From assembly GCF_009914755.1 (NCBI RefSeq), contig NC_060925.1: 64,000 nt of DNA. One strand, given 5' to 3'. Source of the stretch: the human T2T-CHM13v2.0 reference genome, Homo sapiens. Below the pieces are notes generated by a model. That model saw only the letters and a program-made list of their open reading frames with translations. It made no database searches and was not told the origin of the DNA. This document shows, piece by piece, positions 24,715 through 42,355 of this stretch (position 1 is the stretch's first letter; every line of letters starts with the position of its first letter). A program made the position numbers and the translations under genes.

Positions 24715-25068
24715 TCATTGGGTGCCAAGCCCTGAACTGAACCGACATGAAGCTATTCAGAGTGTGTTCACTCCACTCAGAGGGAAGAGTCCTGTGTTTC
24801 ACTGTAGCAATATTACCGTTGTTTGATCATGGGGTGTGACCCCCAGACTCCAATGGGGATGTCACATGCCGGCTGGGCACATGCTCTATGTCACCTTCTC
24901 AAACTTGAAAAATTCTGAATTCCAGAACACATCTGACTCTGAGGCTTTCGGTCAAGAAACTGTGAGCTTGTGTTATTATTATTTCCGTTTTCTGGATGAA
25001 GAAACTGAGGCTCAGAGAGAATCGGCTGGGTAAATGGGATCAAGCAGGTAAGGCACTTAGTGAGGCGT

Positions 25069-25138
25069 TTACTTATACAGTAAGTGCTTAATAAGCACTA
25101 GAATTACTTATACAGTAAGTGCTTAATAAGCATTAGGA
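25069..25138. repeat. 35-bp tandem duplication (2 copies)
   Basis: ttacttatacagtaagtgcttaataagca(c/t)tag(a/g)a x2. Confidence 0.92.
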
Positions 25139-27127
25139 TTAGTATCATGCAGAGGGTGCATGGTAGGGGTGAGGGGTAGGTGTGGTTGAGGGGTGATGCA
25201 TGCGGAGTGTGAGGTGTGGGCTCAGGCCTGGGGTCGCCTCCAGATCTGGGATGAAGGGAGGAGCCTGGCTGAGTGGGCAGGACCCTAGCAAGGGGTGGGC
25301 AATAGAATTGGGTCCTATGGCTCAAAGTTGTCTGCCTGCTCAGAGGCTGACTCTGGGACCAACCCAGGGCTTTGGGCTTCTCCAGACACATTGTTCACAT
25401 GCCTTCAGCAGCCAGTCCACCCCACCCTCCTTGTAGCCCAAGCCTGGGACTGAGCCCCCGACTGCCCCCGCAGCTAGGCAGGAAGGTCTGAGCACTGCAC
25501 AGTCCCCAGGGCGGCTGCAGCTGCCCAGGGCCAGGCTCCAGCCATGTGGGGATGGAGTGAGCTCACCCCATCAAAATCCAGAGACAGTGCAGGGGCGGGG
25601 GGACAAAAGAGCTCCTGCCTGCCCACCTGCCTCCCTGCCACGGTCACCACAGGCTCTGCCTCAGTGCCCCTTCCCCTGCCCACTGCCAAGGAACCAGCAG
25701 ACAATGTGACCCATGGTCCCCAAATCTCTGGGGAGGGACATGAACCCAGACAAGGTCCCCATCCCCCTCTGCCAGGATGCAGGCTCCTAGGTAACCCCAA
25801 AACAAGTGCTTCCCCTACTCGGCTGCAACCCAGGCCCCAGACACAGGATCAAGGTGCCCTGCCCCACCCCCAGGCCACCCAGTGCCCTGTCCACAGGCGA
25901 CAGACAGCACACAGGAAGGAATCTGTCGGGGCAGCACTTTGTTGTACAAACTGCCAGGGGCTCAGAGCCCGACACAAAGGCCAAAAGGCCTTTAATCCCC
26001 TGGCAGTCTGAGAGGGGCGCCGGGCCGGAAGGGAGGTGGCCACAGCCTCCTCTGGCATGCTTGTGCTGCCCGTGCCACTCGGGAGGCCTGCCAGCTTCTC
26101 ACACAGGGGCCCCCAAGGTGGCAGGAACTTCACCAGCCAGTCAGCCAGGAGAAATACGGACGCCCCCAAACAAGGAGAGGGTCCAACACGCATCCAGGGC
26201 TTCTTTGTGCCAGGGGCTGAGCTAAGGTCTTCACAAGACTTACGTCACTCAGATCCACCACAACCTCACGAGGGAGACACTGGAGGCACACTCATTTGAT
26301 AGATAAGGAAACCAGGCTCAGAGAGGTACAGTTACCTGCTCCAGGTCACACAGCAAAGGCAATGGGAACGGAGTCTGAAACCAGGACTCCCCTCTGCTGG
26401 GTTCATGCTTCTGTATTTGGCTAGCTCAGAGGCACAGCTGCCAGCAGGGCCCTGCTTCTGACCTCTGACCCCTTGCCCTCTGTAAGCTCATATCAAGGCC
26501 TGCAACCTGGAAAAGCTGCATTCCATCCAGGGCTTCTCGGGAGCGCTGGGGCAGGTCAGGGCCTTCAGCGGAGGCCCAGAGGGCAGGAAGCTGGGGTCTG
26601 GAGTTTCTAGTCCCAGCTTAGCCCCGCACTCACCACGTTGCCTTGGACAAGCCCCTGCCTCCTTTACCTTTTAGCTAACTTTAGTGAGTCTCTACTGTAT
26701 GCACTGGGCATCCACACCCACCATCTCAGTCCATGTGAACAACACGTGGAAGGCAGTGACTTTGATCTGTTTTGAGCATTGCTGCAACTCCACAACAGAA
26801 AACACACAGTAGGTACTAATAAATCTGCGGACTCACGGACAAACCAAATGAATGAACCTGCCCAACAGCCCTGAGGTGGAAATTAACCCACCTGACAGAA
26901 GAAAGCTAACTTCAGAAGGAGACTTGCCCAAGATTACACAGCTTGAAAGTGCCAGAATTACCTCTAGTCCTCAGTTCCCATTAATACGACAGAGGCCATA
27001 ACACTTCATCCTAAGGGAAAGAGGGGACTAGGTCACACGGGCCCTGAAATCCGTTCCAAGACACCCCTGTCCCTGCAGAACAATCCCTCCAAGAATTAGT
27101 TCTCTCCGCTATGAAATGGGAGCAAAA

Positions 27128-27445
27128 GGCCGGGCATGGTGGCTCACGCCTGTAGTCCCCGCACTTTGGGAGGCAGAGGCAGGCGGATCACCTGAGGTCA
27201 GGAGTTCGAGACTAGCCTGGCCAACATGGTGAAACCCCATCTCTACTAAAAATACAAAAATTATCTGGGCGTGGTGGCGTGCGCCTGTAATCCCAGCTAC
27301 CCTGGAGGCTGAGGCAGGAGAATCGTTTAACCCAGGAGGCAGAGGTTGCAGTGAGCCAAGATTGCGCCACTGCACTCCAGCCTGGTCAACAAGAGCAAAA
27401 CTCCATCTCAAAAAATAAATAAATAAAATAAAATAAAAATAAATA
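27128..27445 (+). mobile_element. Alu
   Basis: Alu consensus with TAAA tail. Confidence 0.95.
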
Positions 27446-28925
27446 AAATGGAAGCAAAAAAAGGTCCCCGCTTTGCCTCCTTCCTGGGGCTACTGGGAGA
27501 GGCATGTGGAATGAGGCGGTGATCTCTTTGAGAGGCACAGTCCCAATCTCTGAATCTGCCTGGCCCTTCTCCAGGCAGGCCCCATGTGGTCTCTGCCTTG
27601 GAGGCTCCTATGACATAGCTAGGGGTGGGCACCCAACCCGGTCTGGCACTGACCAGGCAGGGGACTGGCGAGAACACTTGACCACCAGCCGGTGGGGCAG
27701 AGCAGGCTGTGCTGTCAGACACCTCCAAGTCCGGGCCACCCTGGCCATATTCTAGCTAGGGGGCTTCAGCTTCCTCATCCTTAAAAAAAGTAGAATCGAT
27801 CAGATCTGTCCCATTTGGTTCAATTCAAGTCACTTCAACCTCGACTTACGGGGTACCTACTATGTGCTGGGCCCGGGGGACAAAATGTGAAATGGACACA
27901 GAACTCCATGTTCCTGGGGGACACAGGCCACGGAACCACGTGCTGGCAACACCGTGCGAAGAGAGTGCTGAAGGGGAAGGAAGGGGGCCGGCAGAGCCCA
28001 GGGGAGGGTCCCCTCACTTAGGGAGGTGGCTGGGAGGCTGGGGAAGATTTCCAGAAGAAATGCTAACTCAGCTGGGCCTGAGAGATGACTTCACCTAAGC
28101 AAAGCAGAGAAGGGGAAGAGTGCGGACCAGGTGGAGGGAAGGGCACACGCTGAGGCCAGGGCTGGAGAGGGCACGGCACGTTCGCGGGGTGGGAGGAAGC
28201 CTGGTGCAGCGGGACACGCGTGTGAGTGGCAGAGGAGTCAAAGGGCGGCACGAGTGGGCTTTTCCATTTAAAAGGGCCGCCCCTCAGTTGTGCTGCTGAC
28301 CCGGTGCTAGTCACAGAGGCCAAGTCTCCCCTGTACCCCCAGAGTCCCTGCACTCTCCTCCGTCCCCCACAGACACCCCAAGATTAGGTCTCCCCTGGTG
28401 GCTGAATGAGCTGCCTGCCAGCTTACAGGGAACCAGGAAGCCACCGGGAAATGCCCTTGCCTCACCCATGTGCCAGGTGTGGCCAAGGCGGTGGGGGTGG
28501 CCTAAGCGGGAACAGCTTCTGGACTGGGCTGCCCAGCAAGAAGGTCCCTGGGGGTCGAACACTATCTGCCAGGCACCACGGCTGCCGGCAACACCTGCAG
28601 CGTTCACGTGCCAGCCTCCTGCATGCAGCCTGGCTTGGTTCTCAGGTTCTCCGGCTCCCAGCTGCCCTGCTGCCCTGGCAGGTCTGTGGGGCTTCAAGGG
28701 CACACCAACCTGGTTGGGCCTGCCCATACCCTCCTGGGTCACTGCCCACAGATTTCATGAATGATGCCCCTTGCACAGTGCCAGGACTATGGAAGGATGG
28801 GCGGAATGTTCCACAAAGTTATGTTGCCATGAGACACCACTAACAACCACGGCCGCTTCCTGAACCTGTCGGGTTAGGCCTTCCCACGACTCCTGACTCA
28901 CCAACGGGTGAGAGGAAAAGCCCTT

Positions 28926-28972
28926 ATCATGGCCAACCAGGTTCTATGTAATCTGTCTACACACACACCCAC

Positions 28973-29015
<43 letters not shown>

Positions 29016-29093
29016 ATGGTCAACCAGGTTCTATGTAATCTGTCTACACACACACCCACCCACACACACCCACACACACACACACACACACAC
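28926..29093. repeat. ~87-bp tandem duplication, each unit ending in a CA microsatellite
   Basis: atcatgg(c/t)caaccaggttctatgtaatctgtctacac... at 28926 and 29013. Confidence 0.93.
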
Positions 29094-29262
29094 GCCACGC
29101 TCCAACCTCTTTTGCTACTGTGCTCCCCCAACTCCCTGCCTTCTAAAATAGCCACATGCATCCTCTCAATAGTCGTCAAACACACCAAGCCCCCTGCCTG
29201 GGACACTGTCCCCACATATTCCATCACTCGCTCCACTTCTTCCAGTTTTTGCTCCAATGTCA

Positions 29263-29832
<570 letters not shown>

Positions 29833-31356
29833 TAATTAGTTAATTAATTAATGGGGTTTATAAGTGAGGAGCCTGAGGCTCAGAGAGCTAACTTGCCCAT
29901 AGTCACAGGGTTGGAAGAACCAAGACTTGAACCTAAGACCCCTGGCTCCACACCTGGAAGGAACTCCATACCACCTGGTCCCGCCGATGATGCCTGGGAC
30001 TTTCCTGCTGGGAAGCCCATCTCTGGGGTGACAAGAGGCTGCCCATAGTCACTGAAGAGCATCCCGGAGGGGTGGGTGGGGGCCTCGGAGGCGAGCAGGG
30101 GCCAGAACTCTGGCTCCAGGGCCTTGCGCAACACAGCCAGACAGCCAGGCCTCAGTGACTGTACTCAGCGCTTGTTCCCGTGGGCATCGGCAACAGGAAA
30201 AAACAGGCTGGAACAGCCCGGCAGCTGTGGCCAAGGAGGTCGGCTCCCCCTGCCCCCAGGCTGGGCTTTCCTCATCTGCTGTAAGGAAGAAGAGGAAGGG
30301 GCAGGCAGGGCCAGGCCCATGGCTGAGATAGGCCTGTGGAGAGCAGAGCTGGAAATCAGAGCAAGGGGTCCTCGTCCTGAAGCGCCCCATGTCTGCTTTC
30401 TTCATGTCCTTTCCTGGACACAGAAACTCTCGGATGGGAATAGGCGCGGGGGAGACAAACACATCTGGGAAAGGCTGGTTACACAAAGCTGAGCTGCCTC
30501 CCTAAGTCCTAAATGACTGAAGCAACATGATGGGACTGGGGGGTGGGGGGGGGTCACGTGCAACTATTTGGTGTTTCCCAAGTTGCTTAACTTGGAACCT
30601 TTTATGTATGCAAGGCTCACTAGACTAGGGTTCCACAGAACACACTTTGGGAACACCACCCCAACCATCCCGCCTTTCCCTCAAGTTAGCCTTAAGTAAG
30701 ATTTTAGACGTAAGATATGCTCCCCAGTACCCAGGGGCTCTGTAAAGGAGGCTCTTGAAGATAAGAAAAGCCGCAAGGCCCCATGGAAGGAAAAGCGGGC
30801 TGGCGGCCGGCTAGCTGGTAGTAGGAGGGGTGTGTTCTCTCTCCTCAGGGTGATTGACACCTGTCACCTGAGAAATCCAGACACAGCCTGAGCCTTCCCT
30901 CCCTGGCCATCAGTCTGCTCTCTCAGGGGGTGACTCCTGTCGGAGGTGAAAGAGAAGGTGGCCCAGCACCCAGTCATTCCTGGTCCGCTTGGACCCTCCA
31001 GAAAGTCTGGAGGTACCTGTGCCCCAGAGAGAAAGAGAGCTTCGTTCAGCTGCTGAGTGCAGAGACCGGGGCAGGGGCTCACTCCCAGGGCCGGCGACCA
31101 TGCAGGTAAGGGGGTGCTGGTGCTCTTCAGGGCAGCGACTGAGAACAGGGCTCCCAACCAGCTCTGCTCGCTGGTCCCTTCCCTTCTCTGGGCCTCAGAC
31201 TCCCCTCTGTCCGATGATGAAGCAGCCCTAGGTCATGGCTCTCCAGTCCATCCTCAGCAGCCTCAGGGCCACTCTGGACAGGAGTGAGGTGGAAGCGGGG
31301 CACCGTTAGAGTTTGGGCCCCTTCCCAAACACTCACTTTCATCAAAACACATCCAA

Positions 31357-31626
31357 TTTTTTTTTAACAGGGTTCTGCTCTGTCGCCCAGGCTGGAGGGC
31401 AGTGGGCCTCCTCAGAGCCTCCTAGGCTCAAGATATCCTCCTGCCTCAGCCTTCCAAGTAGCTGGGAGTATAGGTGTACATCACTACATCTGGCTAATTT
31501 ATTTTTTGTAGAGATGAGGTCTCGCTATGTTGCCCAGGCTGGTCTCGAACTCCTGGTTTCAAGCGATCCTCCTGCCTCGGCCTCCTAAAGTGCTGGGATT
31601 ACAGGCATGAGCCACTGTGCCCGGCT
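31357..31626 (-). mobile_element. Alu
   Basis: Antisense Alu consensus. Confidence 0.9.
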
Positions 31627-31679
31627 ACAAATCCACCTCTTTCCTTTCTATATTCTCACCTACATAAATATCTGGTTCA

Positions 31680-31860
31680 GCCCTTGGTTAGCTGTGAGGC
31701 CATGAGCAAGTCATTTCTCCTCTCTGTGCCTCCGTTTCCTCATGTGTAAAATGGGCACGATCATTCATAGTAATAATATCTATCTCATACGGCTGTTGTG
31801 AGGGTTAAATACAGATGTAAAATGCTACAGATAACACAGCACATGGTGAATGTTCTATAA
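31680..31860 (+). mobile_element. MIR element, host site of the RPL21 retrocopy
   Basis: MIR core ctctctgtgcctccgtttcctcatgtgtaaaatggg. Confidence 0.75.
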
Positions 31861-31870
31861 GTGTTTGCTG

Positions 31871-32440
<570 letters not shown>

Positions 32441-32643
32441 AAGTGTTTGCTGTGATTATCTTTGTTATTTTGATTAAAATAAGGGTCTCACTGCTTAATG
32501 AGTTTGAAAGCCATCAACTTAAACGACCCCAAAGCTTCCTCTGGTTTTGATATTTTAGAGCACTGACACTCTAAAACATTAGGATTCTAAAATTCTAGGC
32601 TGTGTCCCACCTGCAAAAGGAACAGGGCTAAAGGAGGGGATTA

Positions 32644-33019
<376 letters not shown>

Positions 33020-36000
33020 TCATTTATACCTCCCCTCTTGCCCTGTTCCAAAAAGGCTGCAGACAGCTTACAAAGATGCACACTTAACAGCCAAGAGAAT
33101 ATTAACTAAAGAAATATAAGAAAAACTCAGGCAGGGCAGGCAGATGGAGCCTGGAGTGAGGCAAGCAGACAGAGAGCACATGCTGAATCCCAGAGATCTA
33201 GGAAAGGGACAACTCATGTGGCCCTGAGCTTGCCAGCAGCCAATGGGAAGAAGGAAACCTGACCAGTCCCTAGATTCCATGTCTCACAATGTAAAAACAA
33301 ACCAGTTGCTTAGAAAAAGCACAACTATCCCTGATACTGAGAGCAGGGAATGTCCCAAGGGACAGGCTTGTCTGGCACCCTTCTCTGCCTCATCAGTGGG
33401 GCTGGCATCCCCTCAGAGTCTGCTGACCATGACCCTTTGAAGCTGAAGCCAGGGGCAGAGGCTACAGTGATCAAAGATTCAGGGAGCTGGAATGGCAGTC
33501 CAGTCAGTACCCCACCAACCTCACCCCAGCAGCCTTGGTCTAGGCAGGATTACCCATCACTCCCCAAACCCGAACACAGCCAGTGCCCAAAATAGCTAGA
33601 GCAGGAGAGGGTGCCAAGAGGCCCTGGCAAGGGCCTGGGCTAGGCCCACCTACAGGAGGGCCCAGTGGGCCAATGCACACATACCTCTGGTGCACAAAGA
33701 GGCACCTTCAGTCAGGCACAGAGCCGTCCCTGGGAGTCCCCCACCCACCAGGCTCCCCCCTCAGCTGCACGTTGCTCACGCAGAACTTGAGCTGCTGCTC
33801 CACCCTTCCCACAAAGCAGGCCTTCCTGCCTGAGCCAGACTAGAAAAGCCTTCCACAGAAATGCCACCGCACCATATAGGGAAGTGCCTGAAGACCTCCC
33901 CGCCCCACCTCCAGAATCTGCCAGAATCAGCCCCCTCAGGATCCTCCATGGCGATGTTGGTTCCTCCCTGGGTCCCCCAGCTGCAGACCAACACAATGGG
34001 GGCTATTCTGGGCTGCACGGGGTATTTAAAGCTCTGACTGGGCCTCCTCCCTGGGGAACAAAAGGCCTTGCCCTCCGTAAGACCTTCCTGAAATTGTTCC
34101 TGCCCAGACTGTGGTGGCTGCATCCTGTACTGTTCCCCACCTCCCCTGCCAGGCCCTGAGGCCCTGTAAGATTCAGCACAAAATGCCTCCTCCAGGAAGC
34201 CCACAGGGCTGCCTCCTGTGCTCAGCAGCACTGCCTGAGACCCTCAGAAAAGCTGGGTCCTGGCTCAACTCTGCCATCGATCTTCTCTGGGTCCCAGTTT
34301 TCTCATCTGCAAAATATGGATGTGAATCCCAGTGTGTGAAAGCACTCCAGAGGCTTCCATGGTTAGGATGAGTAGTGTCTCTCCAGCCACTTTGTGAAGC
34401 AGAATATAAGCAGGAACGGGAATTGGTCTGTTTTGTCGCTGCCCTTTTTCTAGCACCTGGCACACAGTAGGTGCCAAATAAATATTTACTGACTGATACA
34501 AATATTTAAAGAATGTGTCTGTAGCCTCCATAGAACCACCCAGAATGCCAGGCACACAGGTGGTTAATACCCTCGATGGTAACGTTGCCAGCTCTCAGCT
34601 TGAGCACAAAGAACACATCAAGCCTTATGCTAAGTACCTGATGTTAATTATCTGATTTAATTTGCTCAACAGTCCCAAGAGGTCGGTACCATTATCTTAT
34701 TTCACAAGCAAGAAAACGGGAGTTCCAGTCCAGGTGGTTAAGCAGCTCGCCTGAGGTCGCAAATGGCCAAGCTGGGAGTCAAGCCCAGGAGCCCTGAAGC
34801 CCCTGGCATCCTGCGCCAAATGCACATTGAAGAAAGGCAGTCGGAGAGCACTGGGTGGGGAGCCAGGAGCCTGAAGTCAGCCACTAAGCTGTGTGACTTC
34901 AAGCAAGTTGCTTGGCCTCTCTGAATCAGTTTTCTCTTCCATAAAAACAAGGGCATGAATTCCTCTTCTTCAGGTCGTTGGTAGGATCAAAGGAACCAAA
35001 GATGTGACTCTGTCTCCCACACTAGCCCCAGCCCCTCCCCAGGGGCAGCAGCTGTGAAGGATGGTGGGAAGATGTACTGGGAGGAGGGGGCTACCCAGAG
35101 CTGGCCCCAGAACAAAGCTCCACAGCTGCTGACAACAGCTGGGGAGAGCTCTGGGCCTGGCCCAAGCAGGGGGAGAATGGGCAGGCTGGGAAGTCACCTC
35201 TGGCCCTCCTCTGTCACCCTTCCCTGCTGACAGCTGCTGAGGCCTCAGGGCCAAGGGCCCCAGAGCAGGCAGGGAGTGGGGGTGTGGAGGGGGTGGGCGG
35301 GCTGGCTGGGGTCATCTTAGTCCTCATGCTGTCAACTGCTCAAGCCTCAGGGTGCCTGGCCTCGCTGTCCCATAGCACAGCCCTTTACCCAGTTCCCTGG
35401 GAAGCCTGGGTGGAGAGGCCGGAGCAAAGGTCTGGGGCTGAACATGCCTTAACTGGAGCCTGGCCTGCTCCAGGGCCCCCGTGGGGAGGTGCAGGGCCGG
35501 GAGGGAGGGAGTCCTGAAGAGGCTTGCAATTTCCCTGGTGCACAGCCCCACTGCAGGCCCTTCAGGAAACGTCCCTGGAGGCTGTGAGCTTGGCCCACCC
35601 CAGCCCATCTCAGCCCCCTCAGCTGCCGGCCAGCCCAGCTCCACTCCCAGTTCGGTGCCAAGCCTTTCCAGCCCGCTCCAGCCCACGCAGCTCTCTCTCC
35701 TCTGAACTCTCACATACCCATAATTACAACTGACCATATTTTCCAAAGCAGAAATCAAGAAACCACTAAATAAAGGATTTCTGGGCTACTTCTGAGTGTC
35801 AGAGGCAGCCTGGGAGGTGAAGTTTGGATGCAGAGGTATTCAAATCTCTGAGACACGTTGATAGTTTTTTGCGATGACTACTATATCTATCATATTTTAT
35901 TAATAAGTCAAAGCCATCCTAGGAAATGTGTGTTGGGCACATGCCACCCCATACCACTGTTAACTGTTGACTGGACACTTTAGCCTGGCAGTTTCCTAGC

Positions 36001-36509
36001 TGTGTGGCCCTGGGCAAATCACTTGACCTCTCTGAGCCTCTGTGTCTTCATCTGTAAAATGGGAATAAAAATGACCCCCTCACAAGGCTGCCGTCAGAAT
36101 TCAACAGGACAACCTAAGTGCTAGTATCAGGCACTTACGAGGTGTAAGTACCACTTCTTCCTTCTCTCCCAGTCCTATCCACCCCAGAGCTCACACACCA
36201 AGTGAGTGAGCTCTCCAAAGACCCCCGGGGAGAATGAGACACAAGAGAAACCTGCCTGCAAAAGGTTCCAATGCATTCCTGGATCCTGTACTGTCCAAGC
36301 TGGGAGGGATCACCTAGCCAACACCCTCACTTATCAGATGGGGAAACCAAATCCCAAAGAAGGGAAGTGAGCATGTTATGGGGAACCAACCAGACTTGGA
36401 GGGCCTGGGTTCAATCCCATCTCTGACACTTCCGGCTGCTGGGGAACTTTATCACTTTGAGCCTCATTTTTGTGCCTCCCATACCCCCATAATGTTGGAT
36501 TAATAATTA

Positions 36510-36807
<298 letters not shown>

Positions 36808-39460
36808 GCTGGATTATGTATACAGAGTGTTAAGAATGGTGCTTTTGGGCAGCCGTGAGAAGAGAGAGGAGCCTCCCAGCAACTCGATTGGCAGAGGCAG
36901 ATCCAGGACCCAGCCTCTTGGTTCCTAACAAAGGGTCATTTACCTTTCACGAAGCCACCTCCTCCTCTCCTTGGGGCAAGGATTCTCAAAGGCCAGGATA
37001 AGGGGCTACACAGATGAGGCCTCTGGGAGGGTGGCAATGGGCTAGGTCTTTGTGGGGGTGCTAATCAGGGCCAGAGCCCTCAGTCTCAACCTCCGGCACC
37101 CAGAGCTGGTCCCTCCAGCCTGTCTTCAAGCCCCAGTCAGACAGGCCCAGCCTAGGAAATGGCAGGAAGGGCTGGCAAGGGAGGGATGCCGTGTCCTTGG
37201 CAAAGAGAATGCGACATCCCAGGGACTCGGGTTACCGGAAATGGTAAATCTCCCCGCTGCCTGTCACCTTCGACCAGGAATGTCTGCTGCCCCAGGGAAC
37301 ATCCTGTCCACCTGCCCTCAGACAGCCCAGGGACAGCCAGGAACCTGGACCCACTCTCTGCTCCCTGCCCAACCCCCAGGCCTTAGGTTAGCTGCTGGGT
37401 CCCCCCAGCCAAAGGGTACCTGTCATTCTGGGGCAGTGAGCCCGGCTGTAACTAACTGACCAATCCCAGGGAAGGAGCCATCCTAGGAAATGTGTGCTGG
37501 GCACAGGGAAGGAGGAGAAGGCTAGAAGGGGAACCCCCAAAAGATTGAGAGCTACCCCCAAATCTGATCCATCCAATCCCATCATACGTGGATTCTGAGT
37601 CCCCAGTTTGGATGAAGGCTCTGATCTCATAAACCCAACACAAGAGGCAGTACAGTGTGAGTTCTGGGTGGGACTAACCCAGCCGGAGGCATGGCTCTGC
37701 CGCTTGCCAGCTGGGTGGCTCTGGGTAAGGCACTGCAGTGCCTTCCGCCCTCAATTCTAATACAAAAGTGACAGCAGCCTGTGACAGGAACCTGTGAAAT
37801 TTGTGGCGCTAAGCTGTGAGTCATTTAGCCCAGGATCTGGTGTGTAGAGAGGGCCCAGTAAACAGTGGCTATTAGGTATTGGGAAGTATTAGAAAGAGAA
37901 GGGGGAAAAAACAGTAATCATTATAGGAGCAGGTACTATGAGCCACACAATGTTCTCTGCCCTTGCTGGTGCTGACCGTCTACTTGGAGACCGATGGACC
38001 ATAAATTAATACCCCAAATATACATGTCAAATGGTGAGAGTGCTGAAAAGGAAATACAGCAGGGTGAGGGGACGGGGAGTGGCCTGTTGAGGGTTGCTAT
38101 TTCCCTGGGTATGGAGGGTGATGCTGACAGAGCAAGTCAGGTGCATACTTAGAGGAAGAGCACCCAGGCACCAGGAGCAGCATCTATAAAGACCCCAGAG
38201 GCAGGAGGAGCCTCAGAATGTTTTGGAAACAGCCAGGAGGCCGGTTATCTAACCCCCATGACTGCCCTGAGAGCTAGGTGTAATTGTCTCTATCCCCCGG
38301 AGGAGAATCTGGCAGGGCCAGGATCTGACCCTCCATAGCCAGGTGTCCAGGGACGACTGGCTTCACAACTCCCATGGGGAGGAGCAGAAAGGTAGAAAAG
38401 CGCAGGTGTCTGAGTCCAAGCTCTGATTCTTCCAGGGATTGGCCATGTGATCTCAGACCAGCTGCAGCTCCTTGCAGGGCCTCAATGTCCTTGTCACTCA
38501 TGGGCTAGAGATGCCTGTTCCATCCACTTCGCAGATGACTTTCTCCTCCCCAAAAGGAAGGGGAGGAGAAAGGATGGTGCTGGGAGGTGACCTTGAGCTT
38601 CTCTGGCATCTCAGGCCAAAGCTCCTCCCCGGGCAGGTGTGAATGCCAGGTGCAGACCCTGCCCACCTGAACTGCCCAGAGCAACCACCTGCCTGACCCC
38701 CAAAAGCTCACATCCTGCCTATGCCTGCCTGGGCCTTGTCCCACTCAGCACCCAGAGCCCAGCCACAGCCACGGCCTCTGTCCTGCACTCTGGTTCTGGG
38801 TGTCAGACGTCCCTCACCCCCAGGGCCCAGCCCAGGACCGGCTCCTTATGTTCCTGACCAGGCGGAGGGTCCATGATTGGCCTTTGTTACCAAGGGTGCC
38901 AGCGGGCCAGCCCTCACGGGCACCCGGCCAGATCGTGAGGCCCAGCCAAGTGCAAACAGCACGCTTGGCGCCCTGATACGGGCGCGTTAGAGCGGGCAGG
39001 GTGCCCACTGCCCCCGTCACAACAAACCATCATCTCTACACCGCTAAGGGGCCCAGGCAGCCGGCACCTCTGCTGGGAGCTGGGGACTAGGGACTGCCAG
39101 GGGAGGCCTCCTCCCCTTCTCCCACTGGGAATGGGTAGTGGGAATTTCGGAGCCCGGACATGGAGATTCCAGATGCCAGCAGCTGAAAGGGCAGATATGC
39201 AGACAGGCTGCAGGGAGCACGTGGGAAAATAACAGGGGCAGAGGAGCTGGATGAAGGCAAGTCATGGAGTTTTTCACATTATGGGTGTGGTCAGGCAAAG
39301 GGAGAGTGAGAGGCTGCCGAGAAGAAAGCAGGAAGAGCCCAGCAGAGAGAGGAGCAGCAAGAAGAACCAATGAGAGCTGGAACGGTTCCAATATGGGACA
39401 GGGAACCAGGGATAATGACCACAGCAACTCCTTCCAGCAATACCCAGCACTTAACATACA

Positions 39461-40608
<1,148 letters not shown>

Positions 40609-40960
40609 ATTATACCATCATTGATCCTTAGGCCAAGGCTGGAGATGGAGCTATCTCCATTTTACAAAGGAGGAAACTGAGGTTTGCCAAGGCTGCACAG
40701 CTGTAGGCTGCAGAGGCAAAATCGGAACCAGGCCTGGCTCTGCCACAGGGCTCCCCACCCATGGTTATTGTCAAGGCTGGAAACGGCTAACGGAAATCGA
40801 ACATGTGTGGTGATAAGGCTGCCTCGTTAATCAAGATATCAAGTCTGTCTGCTTTTGGCCTGAATTCTGTCAGCTACACCAGTTATCACACGCTGACCAG
40901 AAGTTCTGACCGCCTGTTTACAAAGGTCTTTGATTTTTTCACACTAAGAAAGGGCAGAAT

Positions 40961-41429
<469 letters not shown>

Positions 41430-41965
41430 CTAAGAACTGGACGACACCCACTCAGGGTAACACAGGGCACATTTGCCTGCCTCTAGGCCTTTAGTCATGT
41501 GGTTCCCTCTTCTTGGAATGCTGTTCCCATGCCCTTCGAGCTAATCTATTCATCCATCCTTCAAGGCCCACTCAATCACCACCTCCACTCTAAAGACTTT
41601 TTGGAACCCCTATAAAGACATCCTTCTCCCTACAAATATGTGGACTTAATTTCTACCTCAGAACACTAGAGATTCAGTCTTAATTATAATCACTTGAGTT
41701 ACTGTCTCTTCTCTCCTGCTGGAACCAAAGCTCCTTGGGGACAGACACCAAGTTTTTTTTTTTCATCTTTTAAACATATGTATATATTCAACCTTTAGAT
41801 ACTTCCTAATGTCCAGCAGCTAGGGGATAATAAACAAATACTTACTATGTTGAACTGAATTATAATATTGGCTTATAAGTTTGAGGACTCAATTTCTTAT
41901 GGCTCTTCCTGAGCCTCCTGTGATCCCAGCAGAGGAGTCCAGACCCTTCCCTGCACTGAACTTCA

Positions 41966-42355
<390 letters not shown>

